From the IMG/VR virus record IMGVR_UViG_2541047494_000006: a DNA stretch of 20,000 bases. One strand, 5' to 3'. The notes beneath the pieces are model-generated. The model was not told the origin of the DNA. It was given only the letters and a program-made list of their open reading frames with translations, and searched no databases. This document shows, one piece after another, positions 1-8,083 of the stretch (its first letter is position 1; the number at the start of each line of letters is the position of its first letter). A program made the position numbers and the translations under genes. The stretch comes from an uncultured virus (IMG/VR IMGVR_UViG_2541047494_000006). Lineage: Duplodnaviria > Heunggongvirae > Uroviricota > Caudoviricetes.

Positions 1-316
1 CTAATTCTATACTATTTTTTCTTTTTATTGCTTCTAAAACTGTATAATTTTTATTACTAATTTGAACATTTGTTATAGCATTAGAGATATTAATTGCTTT
101 ATCTAATGCGTTATAATTATATATTAAATCTTCTATTTGTTGGTATTTACTTGAAACTTCTACATTAAAATCTTCTACACTTGTTTTTGTTTCATATACA
201 TTTTTATCAGAGCCTTTTTTAGTACCTACAATTTTAAAATTACTAATGCATCTATCTATCTTATCTTCTAATAACTTCTTTTCTGCTAAAGCTTTATGAA
301 CATTATATTTAACCAT
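1..316 (-). CDS. Hypothetical coiled-coil phage protein (3' end beyond window edge), possibly DIP1984/DUF6847-like
   Basis: Own translation from ATG at 316 (RBS AAGGGAG upstream): MVKYNVHKALAEKKLLEDKIDRCISNF...NALDKAINISNAITNVQISNKNYTVLEAIKRK. The frame stays open to position 1. Family call is from memory only. Confidence 0.8.
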   Translation of the reverse strand, partial: MVKYNVHKALAEKKLLEDKIDRCISNFKIVGTKKGSDKNVYETKTSVEDFNVEVSSKYQQIEDLIYNYNALDKAINISNAITNVQISNKNYTVLEAIKRKNSIEL

Positions 317-371
317 AAAAACATCTCCCTTTTAATTAAGATATTATTTAAAAATAACAAACTTTTTTTAT

Positions 372-462
372 TGGAAGAGAGGAAGGGATTTGAACCCTCG
401 TATCAAATTAATTGACCTAATAGTTTAGCAAACTATCCTCTTTACCACTTGAGTACCTCTCC
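372..462 (-). tRNA. tRNA-Ser (anticodon GCT), long variable arm, encoded CCA
   Basis: Reverse complement gives acceptor GGAGAGG/CCTCTCT, D-loop AAGTGGTAAA, anticodon arm ATAGT-TTGCTAA-ACTAT, a long variable arm, T-arm GAGGG-TTCAAAT-CCCTT and 3' TCCA. Confidence 0.95.
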
Positions 463-474
463 ATATTTCTATAA

Positions 475-1077
475 ATTACAAACAGCAAGTCGAGTATCCC
501 TACCCTCGACCATGGTCAAGTGCTGTATTTTAAAACTCCGACAGCTCGGATAGCGTGGCTGTTTTTTCACACTAAAGAATCTTTTTTAATTGTCCACTAT
601 TTGGTAGAACATCACCACTTTTTTATAAATAAATCTACATAAAAATTACTTAGTTCAAAAGACTATTTGATTTATTCACAATTTCTTCAGTTTTTTATTA
701 GCCAGGTTCTTCTGACAAACACCTCGACTTGTTTTTGGTTTTTTATTAGCCAGGCACACCAACAAACTCCTCTAATTTTAAAAAGCAGAAGTAGAATCTG
801 TTACCTCAAATTCTACTTCTTTATTCTTACACCTTTAAGGCATACTAGGGCATTCACCGTATCTATTTCAAGTTATATGTTGCTCGTCAACCTCGTGTAT
901 ATTTGCCACGCTATATTCATTTTAGCAGCATCATCATCTTATATTTGTAAAATACCTATTACCAGCCACTAGAGCTTCTCAAAATGAGCTATCTCTGCTA
1001 ATTGTATTAATTTTTAGCATATTCTAGGTTTGCTACCATATGTCACCATATGAAAGGGCTTTTAACCCATACGCTCT
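475..1077 (-). ncRNA. Candidate large structured ncRNA (about 600 nt) between HU and the tRNA
   Basis: No credible ORF and GC-richer than the flanks. Long-range 10-bp inverted repeat (550-559/905-914), GNRA hairpin CATATG-GTGA-CATATG (1037-1052), hairpin at 787-820, nested stems at 482-526, and a 17-nt repeat at 690-706/738-754. Confidence 0.55.
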
Positions 1078-1356
1078 CTATATAATTGCATCTTTTAAAG
1101 ATTTAGCTATTTTTAATTTTGGAACTCTTTTTTCCTCAGTTTTCCAAGGTTTTTTAGTTCCATCTTTAAGAGTTATTTCTCCTTCTTTACCTTTTTGTAT
1201 TTTAGTTAGGTATTTAACTCCCATCAACGTCAATTCTTCACCATCTTGTAGTACTTCGTTTCTTTTTTTTTCTATCACATCAAGTATCTCTCTTACTCTT
1301 ATCTGTGATACACCTAATTCTTCTGCTACTTCTTTTAAAAAATCTACTTTTTTCAT
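1078..1356 (-). CDS. hup: HU/IHF-family DNA-binding protein
   Basis: 92 aa basic protein: MKKVDFLKEVAEELGVSQ..., GEELTLMG, and C-terminal KRVPKLKIAKSLKDAI, matching the HU pattern. RBS AAGGGAG. Confidence 0.85.
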   Translation of the reverse strand: MKKVDFLKEVAEELGVSQIRVREILDVIEKKRNEVLQDGEELTLMGVKYLTKIQKGKEGEITLKDGTKKPWKTEEKRVPKLKIAKSLKDAII

Positions 1357-1489
1357 ATCTTCTTAATCTCCCTTTTCTTATATAATTTTCATTTGATAAT
1401 AGTAAGGAATAATTTTATTATTTTTATTAACCCCTTACATAAGTAATATGTTTTAAGCGACCCTTTTTTAAACCACTTTTCCCCACCAG

Positions 1490-2932
1490 CTAATTACAGT
1501 TTTTACAATTTGAGCGATATCCCTTTTTACCATTTTTATCAAACCTAGATAGCAACTTAATTTTTCCACATCTGCTACATTTTTTATATTTTCCTTTACA
1601 AACAGATATATAATAATAATTTTCTTCATAGTTTTTCTCATATGCATCTATTATTTTGTTCACTATTTTATTTATTTGATTATTTATTGCTTGAGGAGTT
1701 ATATTCATTAAATTTGAAATAAACTCTAATGATTTATCTTTTCTATATAAATTTAAAATATCTTTTTGTACTGTGGTAAATTCAATTTTAGATATAATAT
1801 TATTTAAATCCATAACTATACATGTTAAATCATCTTGCAAATCATTACCCTTTTGAATCCTTAAAAGCTCTTTAACATGTGATTTATCAAACATATCTAA
1901 ATAGTCCCATTCTGGGCTTCCTGCATCTGCTAATGGTGCTTTCCATATAATTGGTCTCTCTATAGAATTTTTAACATCAGTCATATCATTTTTTAATGCA
2001 TTTAAATTTTTCCTAACCATTCTCTTAAGTTTTAACTCTTCTTTACTTAATTGTTTATGTCCTAATTCTTTATATTTAGCTTTATACCATTCATAAGTAT
2101 CTGAGTATGTTTTTATAATTGGATATTTTTTAATATCTTTAGGTTTAACTTTTATATCTTTTATTTTTTTATAGTTTTTAGGTAATTGAAAAAATGCAAA
2201 GGAATTGTCTTCTAGGAATCCATCTTTATTAGAAGTGTTTGAATTTATATTTCCACCATTTGCAGGTGCTATTTTATTTAGAAGTGCTTCTTCCTGACAT
2301 GCTCTATTAAATAACTCTTTTGAATTGTATATTCTTATTTTAGTTTCCTTAGGTTTATCATCTACTGAGAGTATATAGCTCCCCATTATTTCTAATGTTT
2401 TTGCTATATTAGAAGTAGAATATATACTGTCATCTTTATTTAATATCAACTTAATTTTCGATGTATTATGATGTGTGTACTCCCATGTACCATTACTATT
2501 ACTAAAAGGATTTTTAACATTTATATATTCGATTGGATTAATTTGATTATAGCCACACCAAGTAATGAATCTATTATAATCCATAACTACTTCTTCTCCA
2601 TCAATAGTAACATAATATACACCATCTTTATCTAAAGGACTATCTGATGTTTGCTCAAATATATTTTCCCAAAATTTATCATTGAATTGTTTTTTTTCTT
2701 GATATTTCACTCTAGTAATAATATTCTCATTTCTCTTTGTAAGAGTATTATAAAATGTATCTATATAATTTCTATTTGACTCTTCAAACCACGTGTGTTT
2801 TACCCCTAATCGTTCCTCTATGTATTTAATTCTATCTTTGCTATTGTCTATGCTATAATCTAAATTCTTTATGTAATCTTGTGCAGATTTGCCATCTATT
2901 TCTTCATAAAAATTGTTATTATTATATATCAA
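1490..2932 (-). CDS. Phage protein with C-terminal sigma70-region-4-like HTH and CxxC...CxxC zinc ribbon (putative transcription factor)
   Basis: FTTVQKDILNLYRKDKSLEFISNLMNITPQAINNQINKIVNKI is a sigma4/LuxR-like HTH, followed by CSRC...CKNC. TTG start with GGAGG upstream. Confidence 0.7.
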   Translation of the reverse strand: MIYNNNNFYEEIDGKSAQDYIKNLDYSIDNSKDRIKYIEERLGVKHTWFEESNRNYIDTFYNTLTKRNENIITRVKYQEKKQFNDKFWENIFEQTSDSPLDKDGVYYVTIDGEEVVMDYNRFITWCGYNQINPIEYINVKNPFSNSNGTWEYTHHNTSKIKLILNKDDSIYSTSNIAKTLEIMGSYILSVDDKPKETKIRIYNSKELFNRACQEEALLNKIAPANGGNINSNTSNKDGFLEDNSFAFFQLPKNYKKIKDIKVKPKDIKKYPIIKTYSDTYEWYKAKYKELGHKQLSKEELKLKRMVRKNLNALKNDMTDVKNSIERPIIWKAPLADAGSPEWDYLDMFDKSHVKELLRIQKGNDLQDDLTCIVMDLNNIISKIEFTTVQKDILNLYRKDKSLEFISNLMNITPQAINNQINKIVNKIIDAYEKNYEENYYYISVCKGKYKKCSRCGKIKLLSRFDKNGKKGYRSNCKNCN

Positions 2933-2934
2933 TA

Positions 2935-3183
2935 TTATACCTCCTTTCCTTGCAATCCATCATCATAATCTGTATCATCATAATCCCATAGTTCATCCTT
3001 AAAATCCTCCTTATGCCTTTCATTTACAATATCATATGAAGACCTTTTACTCATCTCTGTGTATGTATCTATCATTTGTTCATATTCCTCATTTAATATT
3101 TGATACCTATTTTTATGTACGCCTGTTTTCTCTGATTCATCTAAATCTTCTAAATATATTAATTCTATTTTTTTCTCTTTCAT
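2935..3183 (-). CDS. Acidic hypothetical protein
   Basis: 82 aa ORF with RBS AAGGAG, abutting the next gene. Confidence 0.75.
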   Translation of the reverse strand: MKEKKIELIYLEDLDESEKTGVHKNRYQILNEEYEQMIDTYTEMSKRSSYDIVNERHKEDFKDELWDYDDTDYDDGLQGKEV

Positions 3184-3224
3184 ACTTCTCCTTTTCTATA
3201 TTATAAGATTTTAAATTAATTTTC

Positions 3225-3275
3225 TTGGTCACATTTCTGTGCCGTTTTTTTGCCTTTTGGTCACATTTCTGTGCC
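3225..3275. repeat. Two 19-bp direct repeats TTGGTCACATTTCTGTGCC (iteron-like, candidate origin)
   Basis: Identical copies at 3225-3243 and 3257-3275 (32-bp period), directly downstream of the rep-like gene and flanked by AT-rich tracts. Confidence 0.7.
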
Positions 3276-3360
3276 ACCCCTAAATTTAATTTTTTAACTG
3301 TTTTTCCTATATTTTTGTTAATTTTTACAGTTCATTACCTCTTATTCTTAGACAGACTTT

Positions 3361-4302
3361 CTAAATACAATTAAAAAAGCATAAATCAATTGTTTTCTTT
3401 GCTAAATTTAAATTATTTCCCTTCCATATTACACAAGGATTTATAATGAAATAGTCTGTATTTTTGTTATTCCCTTCAACGATTACATATTTAAAAAAAT
3501 AATATTTATCATCTTCTACCTTTATATAAAATCTAAGTAATTCCTTTTTAAATTTGTTCATATCTTGTTTTATTGTACTAATATTTAATAATTGACAAAT
3601 TTTATATAAACTAATTTTTTTTATTTTTGAAATATCTGTTTCATGAGGGTTTAAACATAAGATATTACTCTCGAAATGTATATATGGTATGAGTTGATAT
3701 ATATAACTTAATTGTTTATGTTGTCTTGGTGTGCAATGTTCAAAAAGAAATCTACTAGTATTTATATATATTCTTGTATATTCTTTATTTTCAAAATTAG
3801 GAATTCCTTTAGTAAAATACTTTGGATTTATATAAAATTTATTATTAGATTCATATAATAATTCACATTTTTTTACGTCTGCTAAAAAATTTCTAAATGC
3901 CCTATCTTTAAGATTTAATATTTCTCTCATGTTTTTTCTATCTATAGGAATCATTTCTTTAAACTGAGAATATCTAACCAATAAATTTTCTTCTCCTGTA
4001 TTATAGTTTAGATATGTTGCGAGATATATTAATCTACTTATATTAGCTTTACTTATATTTACTTCATTAAATAATAATTCATTTTTAACATAAGTACAAA
4101 ATACAAAACCTCCTAATTTAAAATTATGGTATGGTAATTCTTTTTTATTATTGATAATAGCCCTTTGCTCTGGAGAAAAACTCTTTTTTCTCTTTCCAAT
4201 TTCAAGTACCTCACCTCTTTTCATCCCTTTATGCTCCAATATTTCTCCTGTTCTTTTGTCTGTTACAATAACATCTTTTATAAATTCATTACCTCTAACT
4301 AT
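3361..4302 (-). CDS. Probable plasmid/phage replication initiator (winged-helix, RepL-like)
   Basis: Motifs RLIYLATYLNYN...LNLKDRAFRNFL...FYINPKYF, with a second YFIINP repeat. Lies next to the par genes and iteron-like repeats. The ORF track starts at TTG 4239, but the frame is open through ATA 4302, which has a GAGGT RBS. Confidence 0.6.
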   Translation of the reverse strand: MVRGNEFIKDVIVTDKRTGEILEHKGMKRGEVLEIGKRKKSFSPEQRAIINNKKELPYHNFKLGGFVFCTYVKNELLFNEVNISKANISRLIYLATYLNYNTGEENLLVRYSQFKEMIPIDRKNMREILNLKDRAFRNFLADVKKCELLYESNNKFYINPKYFTKGIPNFENKEYTRIYINTSRFLFEHCTPRQHKQLSYIYQLIPYIHFESNILCLNPHETDISKIKKISLYKICQLLNISTIKQDMNKFKKELLRFYIKVEDDKYYFFKYVIVEGNNKNTDYFIINPCVIWKGNNLNLAKKTIDLCFFNCI

Positions 4303-4398
4303 AAATATCTACCTCTTTTCTTATAAATTTTATTTCAATTACAAGATAAAAATCATCTTGCAATTGTTCTTCGCAACATGTTGCTTCAGAAATTTCAT

Positions 4399-4448
4399 TA
4401 CCCTCTATGTTCTATTTCTATTATATCATATACCCTCTATGTTCTCAA
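4399..4448 (-). promoter_or_regulatory. SigmaA promoter of the rep-like gene with two 15-bp direct-repeat operators
   Basis: TTGAGA(4443-4448)-17-TATAAT(4420-4425) with an extended TG. TACCCTCTATGTTCT occurs at 4399-4413 and 4431-4445. Confidence 0.75.
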
Positions 4449-4458
4449 TATTTTTTTT

Positions 4459-4489
4459 AATATCTACCCAAAATTTCTTGAGTAGATAT
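4459..4489 (-). terminator. Stem-loop after the parR-like gene
   Basis: AATATCTACTCAAG...TTTGGGTAGATATT pairs, with G-U pairs on the minus strand. No U-tract on that strand. Confidence 0.5.
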
Positions 4490-4495
4490 TTTCTT

Positions 4496-4768
4496 TTAAT
4501 CTGGCATATTATTAAATATATTCTTAATAATAGGATTTTCTCTTTTTATATCTTTTTTTTCTTCAGTAACATTTGTCTTTTTATTTGTCCTATATACACC
4601 ATTGCCTAAACATTGTTTTAATAATTTATTTTCTTCTTGAAGATTTTTCCACTCTAATATTATTCTTTCCAAAGCTGTATTTCTACTGCTTATATTTTTA
4701 TCATTTTGATACTTTTCTATTTCACCAAATATATCTTCTTCTAAATAAAAGCTAGATGATTTTTTCAT
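4496..4768 (-). CDS. Ribbon-helix-helix partition adaptor (ParR-like)
   Basis: N-terminal SSSFYLEEDIFGEIEKY...SSRNTALERII fits an RHH pattern, followed by a coiled coil. Directly downstream of parM. Confidence 0.7.
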   Translation of the reverse strand: MKKSSSFYLEEDIFGEIEKYQNDKNISSRNTALERIILEWKNLQEENKLLKQCLGNGVYRTNKKTNVTEEKKDIKRENPIIKNIFNNMPD

Positions 4769-4780
4769 ATAATATCACTC

Positions 4781-5695
4781 CTAGAATTGTTCCATACCTA
4801 CTTCAAATAATCCTTTAGCTGTAGCCATTTGTGCATCTTTAGAAACTTTAAATCTATTATCGAATGTCATATGTAATGCTGTACCTCCACTTACATATAC
4901 ATCCATTTCATCTATGTTCTTCCATTTAGAAGATATTCTTTGAGCTGTGCTTTCAGAAGCCATAATGTAAGCAACTTTCTTAAGTTCATCATAATCATTA
5001 GAACTATCTATCTCATTAAGTTCTCTTATTATTCCTCTATCTTTTAGTTGCTTCTGAACCATTGTTAAAGCATCTTGATTTCCAGCTTCTAATGTGTCTG
5101 ATAGTTTATCATTAAATACAAAACCTTTTTCAAAGAAAGACATCTCAGTACTTCTAAAACCTATTGAAACCATGCCAACCGCTTTATCTTCATTTACTTT
5201 TCCTTCTAATGTATGAAATAATGCAGCATCTCCTTCTCTAAAAATTGATATATCAGATATTTTTATTTCTTTATGTCCACCTTTTATTTTATCTTTTACT
5301 TTAAATGTTTTACCTTTATATGTGTCTACAACTTCTTTTAATGTTGTTTTCCTAAATGATTTATATGGAACGCCCATCATCAATTTTACTTCATCAGCTA
5401 CAGCTATTTCATTAAGAGCAGCAGCAACTAATATTCTCATTGTAAAAGATACTTTAGAATCATCAGAATTTCTTATAGGTGTTATACTTTCTTTTTCTGC
5501 TAATGAACCAACAAAGTAACTTACACTTTCAAAATCTATGTATATTGGATTTTCATATTTCTCAAAATCTATGTTTCTTCCATCACCAAATACTGATTTG
5601 AATAAACATTCTTTAACCATTCCATTGTACTTACTATATCCTTTTACGTATCCTCTTCCTATATCTAAGCCTATAACTTGGTAATTTTCTTCCAT
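4781..5695 (-). CDS. parM: ParM/StbA-family actin-like partition ATPase
   Basis: Actin motifs IGLDIGRGYVK, EGDAA, SIGFRSTE and VSGGTA. Start placed at ATG 5695 behind AGGAGG. Confidence 0.9.
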   Translation of the reverse strand: MEENYQVIGLDIGRGYVKGYSKYNGMVKECLFKSVFGDGRNIDFEKYENPIYIDFESVSYFVGSLAEKESITPIRNSDDSKVSFTMRILVAAALNEIAVADEVKLMMGVPYKSFRKTTLKEVVDTYKGKTFKVKDKIKGGHKEIKISDISIFREGDAALFHTLEGKVNEDKAVGMVSIGFRSTEMSFFEKGFVFNDKLSDTLEAGNQDALTMVQKQLKDRGIIRELNEIDSSNDYDELKKVAYIMASESTAQRISSKWKNIDEMDVYVSGGTALHMTFDNRFKVSKDAQMATAKGLFEVGMEQF

Positions 5696-6421
5696 TTTCA
5701 TTCCTCCTAAGTAAATATTTGCTAAATATATTATACCATATAAAAACTTGATAATTACATTAAATTTGCACAAAAATTCAACTATAAAATGACATTTTTT
5801 AGTTATTAGTTAAAATTAGCACTAAATTAGAACTATATATAATTTAAATTTAAACCAATAATTTATTATTAAAAATTTTTAGTTAATATTTAAATTATAT
5901 ATCAACTATTTCCAAACCAATAAATCAATTTCTTTAACTATACTATTTATGTTTTTTTAGATGTCAATTTTAATTTTAAGTAAAATATTGAAACTTATTT
6001 TCTTACAGACGACATTTTCATTCTAATTTAATAAATCTTCCTATATTTCAAGTTATTTTTTGTATTTAATATTTTTATATATATTAGTTGTTTTTATGTA
6101 ATCAATACATACACTTTTATTTTATATTTTCCTTGTTAAGAATGTAATTTAAGAGTAAAAATCTAAGAAATATCTTTAGATAAATATTTGTTTTATGAGG
6201 AAAATACAGAGCTATTTCGTCTGTAAATCCGTCTGCAATTTTTTTGAAATGTGGAAATGAAAGGACTACACACAAAATCCTACTGACAAACAAGCCACTT
6301 TCCATAAAATACCCCCTACTTCATTTTTATTTATTTTAATATGTAAAACACTCTATTTACTTTATTTAATTAATAAAAGTATTACTTTTATCTTATTTTA
6401 AAAATCTATGTTTTTGTCAGC

Positions 6422-6459
6422 AAAAAATGGCATAAAATTAAGTATTTTATGCCATTTTT
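6422..6459. repeat. Long inverted repeat (hairpin) in the non-coding region
   Basis: AAAAATGGCATAAAAT ... ATTTTATGCCATTTTT. Confidence 0.7.
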
Positions 6460-6715
6460 CTAAAACCTAGTATTTTAAACACTTACAACACCTACACCTT
6501 CTATTTTGTCAGTAAAATGTCAGTCATTATAATTCTTAGACTACAAACCTGTTGTAATCACTGCATTTCAATTTTTAGTTATTGATATCTATATAAAATA
6601 TTATTTGCTATAGAATAAATTTTTTTGTTATGGATTATAAAGTCTTATATACATCATTTTAGCATTAATCTGACATCGTCGAATATCAACTCACAACCTC
6701 ATTGCCATATTTTTC

Positions 6716-6744
6716 TTGACAAATTTGTCATTATTGTATATAAT
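6716..6744 (+). promoter_or_regulatory. Consensus sigmaA promoter with a palindromic operator over the -35
   Basis: TTGACA(6716-6721)-17-TATAAT(6739-6744). Perfect palindrome TGACAAATTTGTCA at 6717-6730. Confidence 0.85.
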
Positions 6745-6800
6745 TTAATTAAGATAAGAATTAATCTTATCTATACAATTCAATATTAGGGGGTGACGTT

Positions 6801-6959
6801 ATGAGAATAACAAAAGGCAAAATAAAAGAGCTAATCGAGTTGTGCCACCAACTTGAAAAGCTCTTTGTACAAGTATTTAAATCACTTGAACATATTTTGA
6901 TTTCTTTATGTTCTTGTATCGGTTGGTTATTAATACTTATATACATAATTAAACATTAA
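6801..6959 (+). CDS. 52-aa small membrane protein (not in the ORF track)
   Basis: RBS AGGGGGTG. MRITKGKIKELIELCPQLEKLFVQVFKSLEHILISLCSCIGWLLILIYIIKH has a hydrophobic C-terminus. Confidence 0.7.
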   Translation: MRITKGKIKELIELCHQLEKLFVQVFKSLEHILISLCSCIGWLLILIYIIKH

Positions 6960-7043
6960 TAACCAATGCAATATACCTATAAAAATATATCTCTATAGGT
7001 ATATTGTAACACACCTAATATTGAAAGTAAACGAGGTGACGAC

Positions 7044-7145
7044 ATGAGTCAACATATTAAAAACACTTTAAAAATAATAAAGATACTAGGTTTATTATTC
7101 TTCTTATATTTTGCACTTAGAGCAATATATATTGTTTATCTTTAA
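7044..7145 (+). CDS. 33-aa small membrane peptide (not in the ORF track)
   Basis: RBS GAGGTG. MSQHIKNTLKIIKILGLLFFLYFALRAIYIVYL has a single TM-like segment. Confidence 0.65.
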   Translation: MSQHIKNTLKIIKILGLLFFLYFALRAIYIVYL

Positions 7146-7155
7146 TATCTTTATT

Positions 7156-7186
7156 GAGTTGCTTAATGTATAAGTAACTCTTTTTT
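7156..7186 (+). terminator. Rho-independent terminator
   Basis: GAGTTGCTTA-loop-TAAGTAACTC followed by TTTTTT. Confidence 0.75.
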
Positions 7187-7211
7187 GTTATAATATTAAT
7201 GAGGTGATAGC

Positions 7212-7403
7212 ATGAAATTAGAAAAATTAATTGATATAAGAAAAGAAAAAAAATATTCTCAAGAGGATATTGCTAGAATGTTAGACATATCTTTAAGAAA
7301 TTATCACAGAAAAGAAAAAGGAGAGAATCAATTTACAGTAAGTGAACTAGAAAAAATATGTAGCTATTTAGATATAGAATCAAAAGAACTACTTGACATA
7401 TAG
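7212..7403 (+). CDS. XRE/Cro-like HTH regulator
   Basis: 63 aa IRKEKKYSQEDIARMLDISLRNYHRKEKG. RBS GAGGTG and extended -10 TGTTATAAT at 7186-7194. Confidence 0.9.
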   Translation: MKLEKLIDIRKEKKYSQEDIARMLDISLRNYHRKEKGENQFTVSELEKICSYLDIESKELLDI

Positions 7404-7457
7404 TAATATAATCTACTCAAGGTAGTACTTAACATTAAATAAAATAATTTAATAATA

Positions 7458-7490
7458 TAAAATAGACTAGCTATAATCTAGTCTATTTTA
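7458..7490. terminator. Bidirectional terminator between convergent HTH genes
   Basis: TAAAATAGACTAG-7-CTAGTCTATTTTA. A second stem TAAGCTAGA/TCTAGCTTA lies at 7593-7619. Confidence 0.7.
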
Positions 7491-7616
7491 TTATAATAAC
7501 ATATTGTACAAGCCATTTAAATCCATTCTAAGCACATTTCAATGCATTCACCTTATGTTTATACCTTTAATCTTTAAAATTAAATATAAAAATAAGCTAG
7601 ACATATATACTCTAGC

Positions 7617-7928
7617 TTACAGTAATTTTTTTAATGTGTTGACTTGTTCTTGTACTATTGTTTTACTCTTAGTGTCTAACTCTCTATAATTATTTAATAG
7701 TTGTTTTTCTTCTTCTTCTAGTTGTATATTTTCTCTATTGTCTGTAAGACATAATATATAATCTATACTTACATTATATATATTAGATAATTTTATAAGC
7801 GTCTCATTGTCAATTTTTCTTCTGTTTGTTTCATAGTTTTGTATTGTTACATAATGTACGCCTAATAGTTCTCCCACTTGTTGAGTTGAATATCCTTTTT
7901 CTTTTCTTAGCTCTCTCAATCTATTCAT
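7617..7928 (-). CDS. XRE-family (CI-like) repressor
   Basis: MNRLRELRKEKGYSTQQVGELLGVHYVTIQNYETNRR...YNVSIDYILCLTD. RBS GAGGTG before ATG 7928. Confidence 0.9.
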   Translation of the reverse strand: MNRLRELRKEKGYSTQQVGELLGVHYVTIQNYETNRRKIDNETLIKLSNIYNVSIDYILCLTDNRENIQLEEEEKQLLNNYRELDTKSKTIVQEQVNTLKKLL

Positions 7929-7958
7929 TAAATCACCTCTTAATTCTAAATATAACAT

Positions 7959-8077
7959 ATTATAAATTTAATTACAATTGTATTCAAAACGGTATGTTTT
8001 ATATATGACATTATTTAAAACATTTTGTTTTGTTTTTTATATTTTATATTGACAATCAAAACATTTTGTTTTATAAT
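7959..8077. promoter_or_regulatory. Divergent promoter pair with three AAAAC-N5-GTTTT operators
   Basis: Minus: TTGAAT(7982-7987)-17-TATAAT(7959-7964). Plus: TTGACA(8049-8054)-17-TATAAT(8072-8077). Operators at 7986-8000, 8017-8031 and 8058-8072. Confidence 0.85.
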
Positions 8078-8083
8078 TAAATC

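Noticed and set aside
667..972. 101-aa plus-strand ORF
   Set aside because: No RBS, atypical composition, opposite to the local gene direction, and it lies in the structured-RNA candidate.
475..1077. tmRNA, RNase P, SRP, T-box or group II intron
   Set aside because: None of their hallmark motifs was found on either strand.
6117..6305. 62-aa minus-strand ORF
   Set aside because: A GGGGG tract upstream could be an RBS, but the product is unrecognisable and overlaps repeat motifs. Not supportable.
6801..7145. Known C. difficile type I toxins (CD2517.1/CD0956.2-like)
   Set aside because: Those have an N-terminal hydrophobic helix and a Lys-rich tail. These peptides have the opposite layout.
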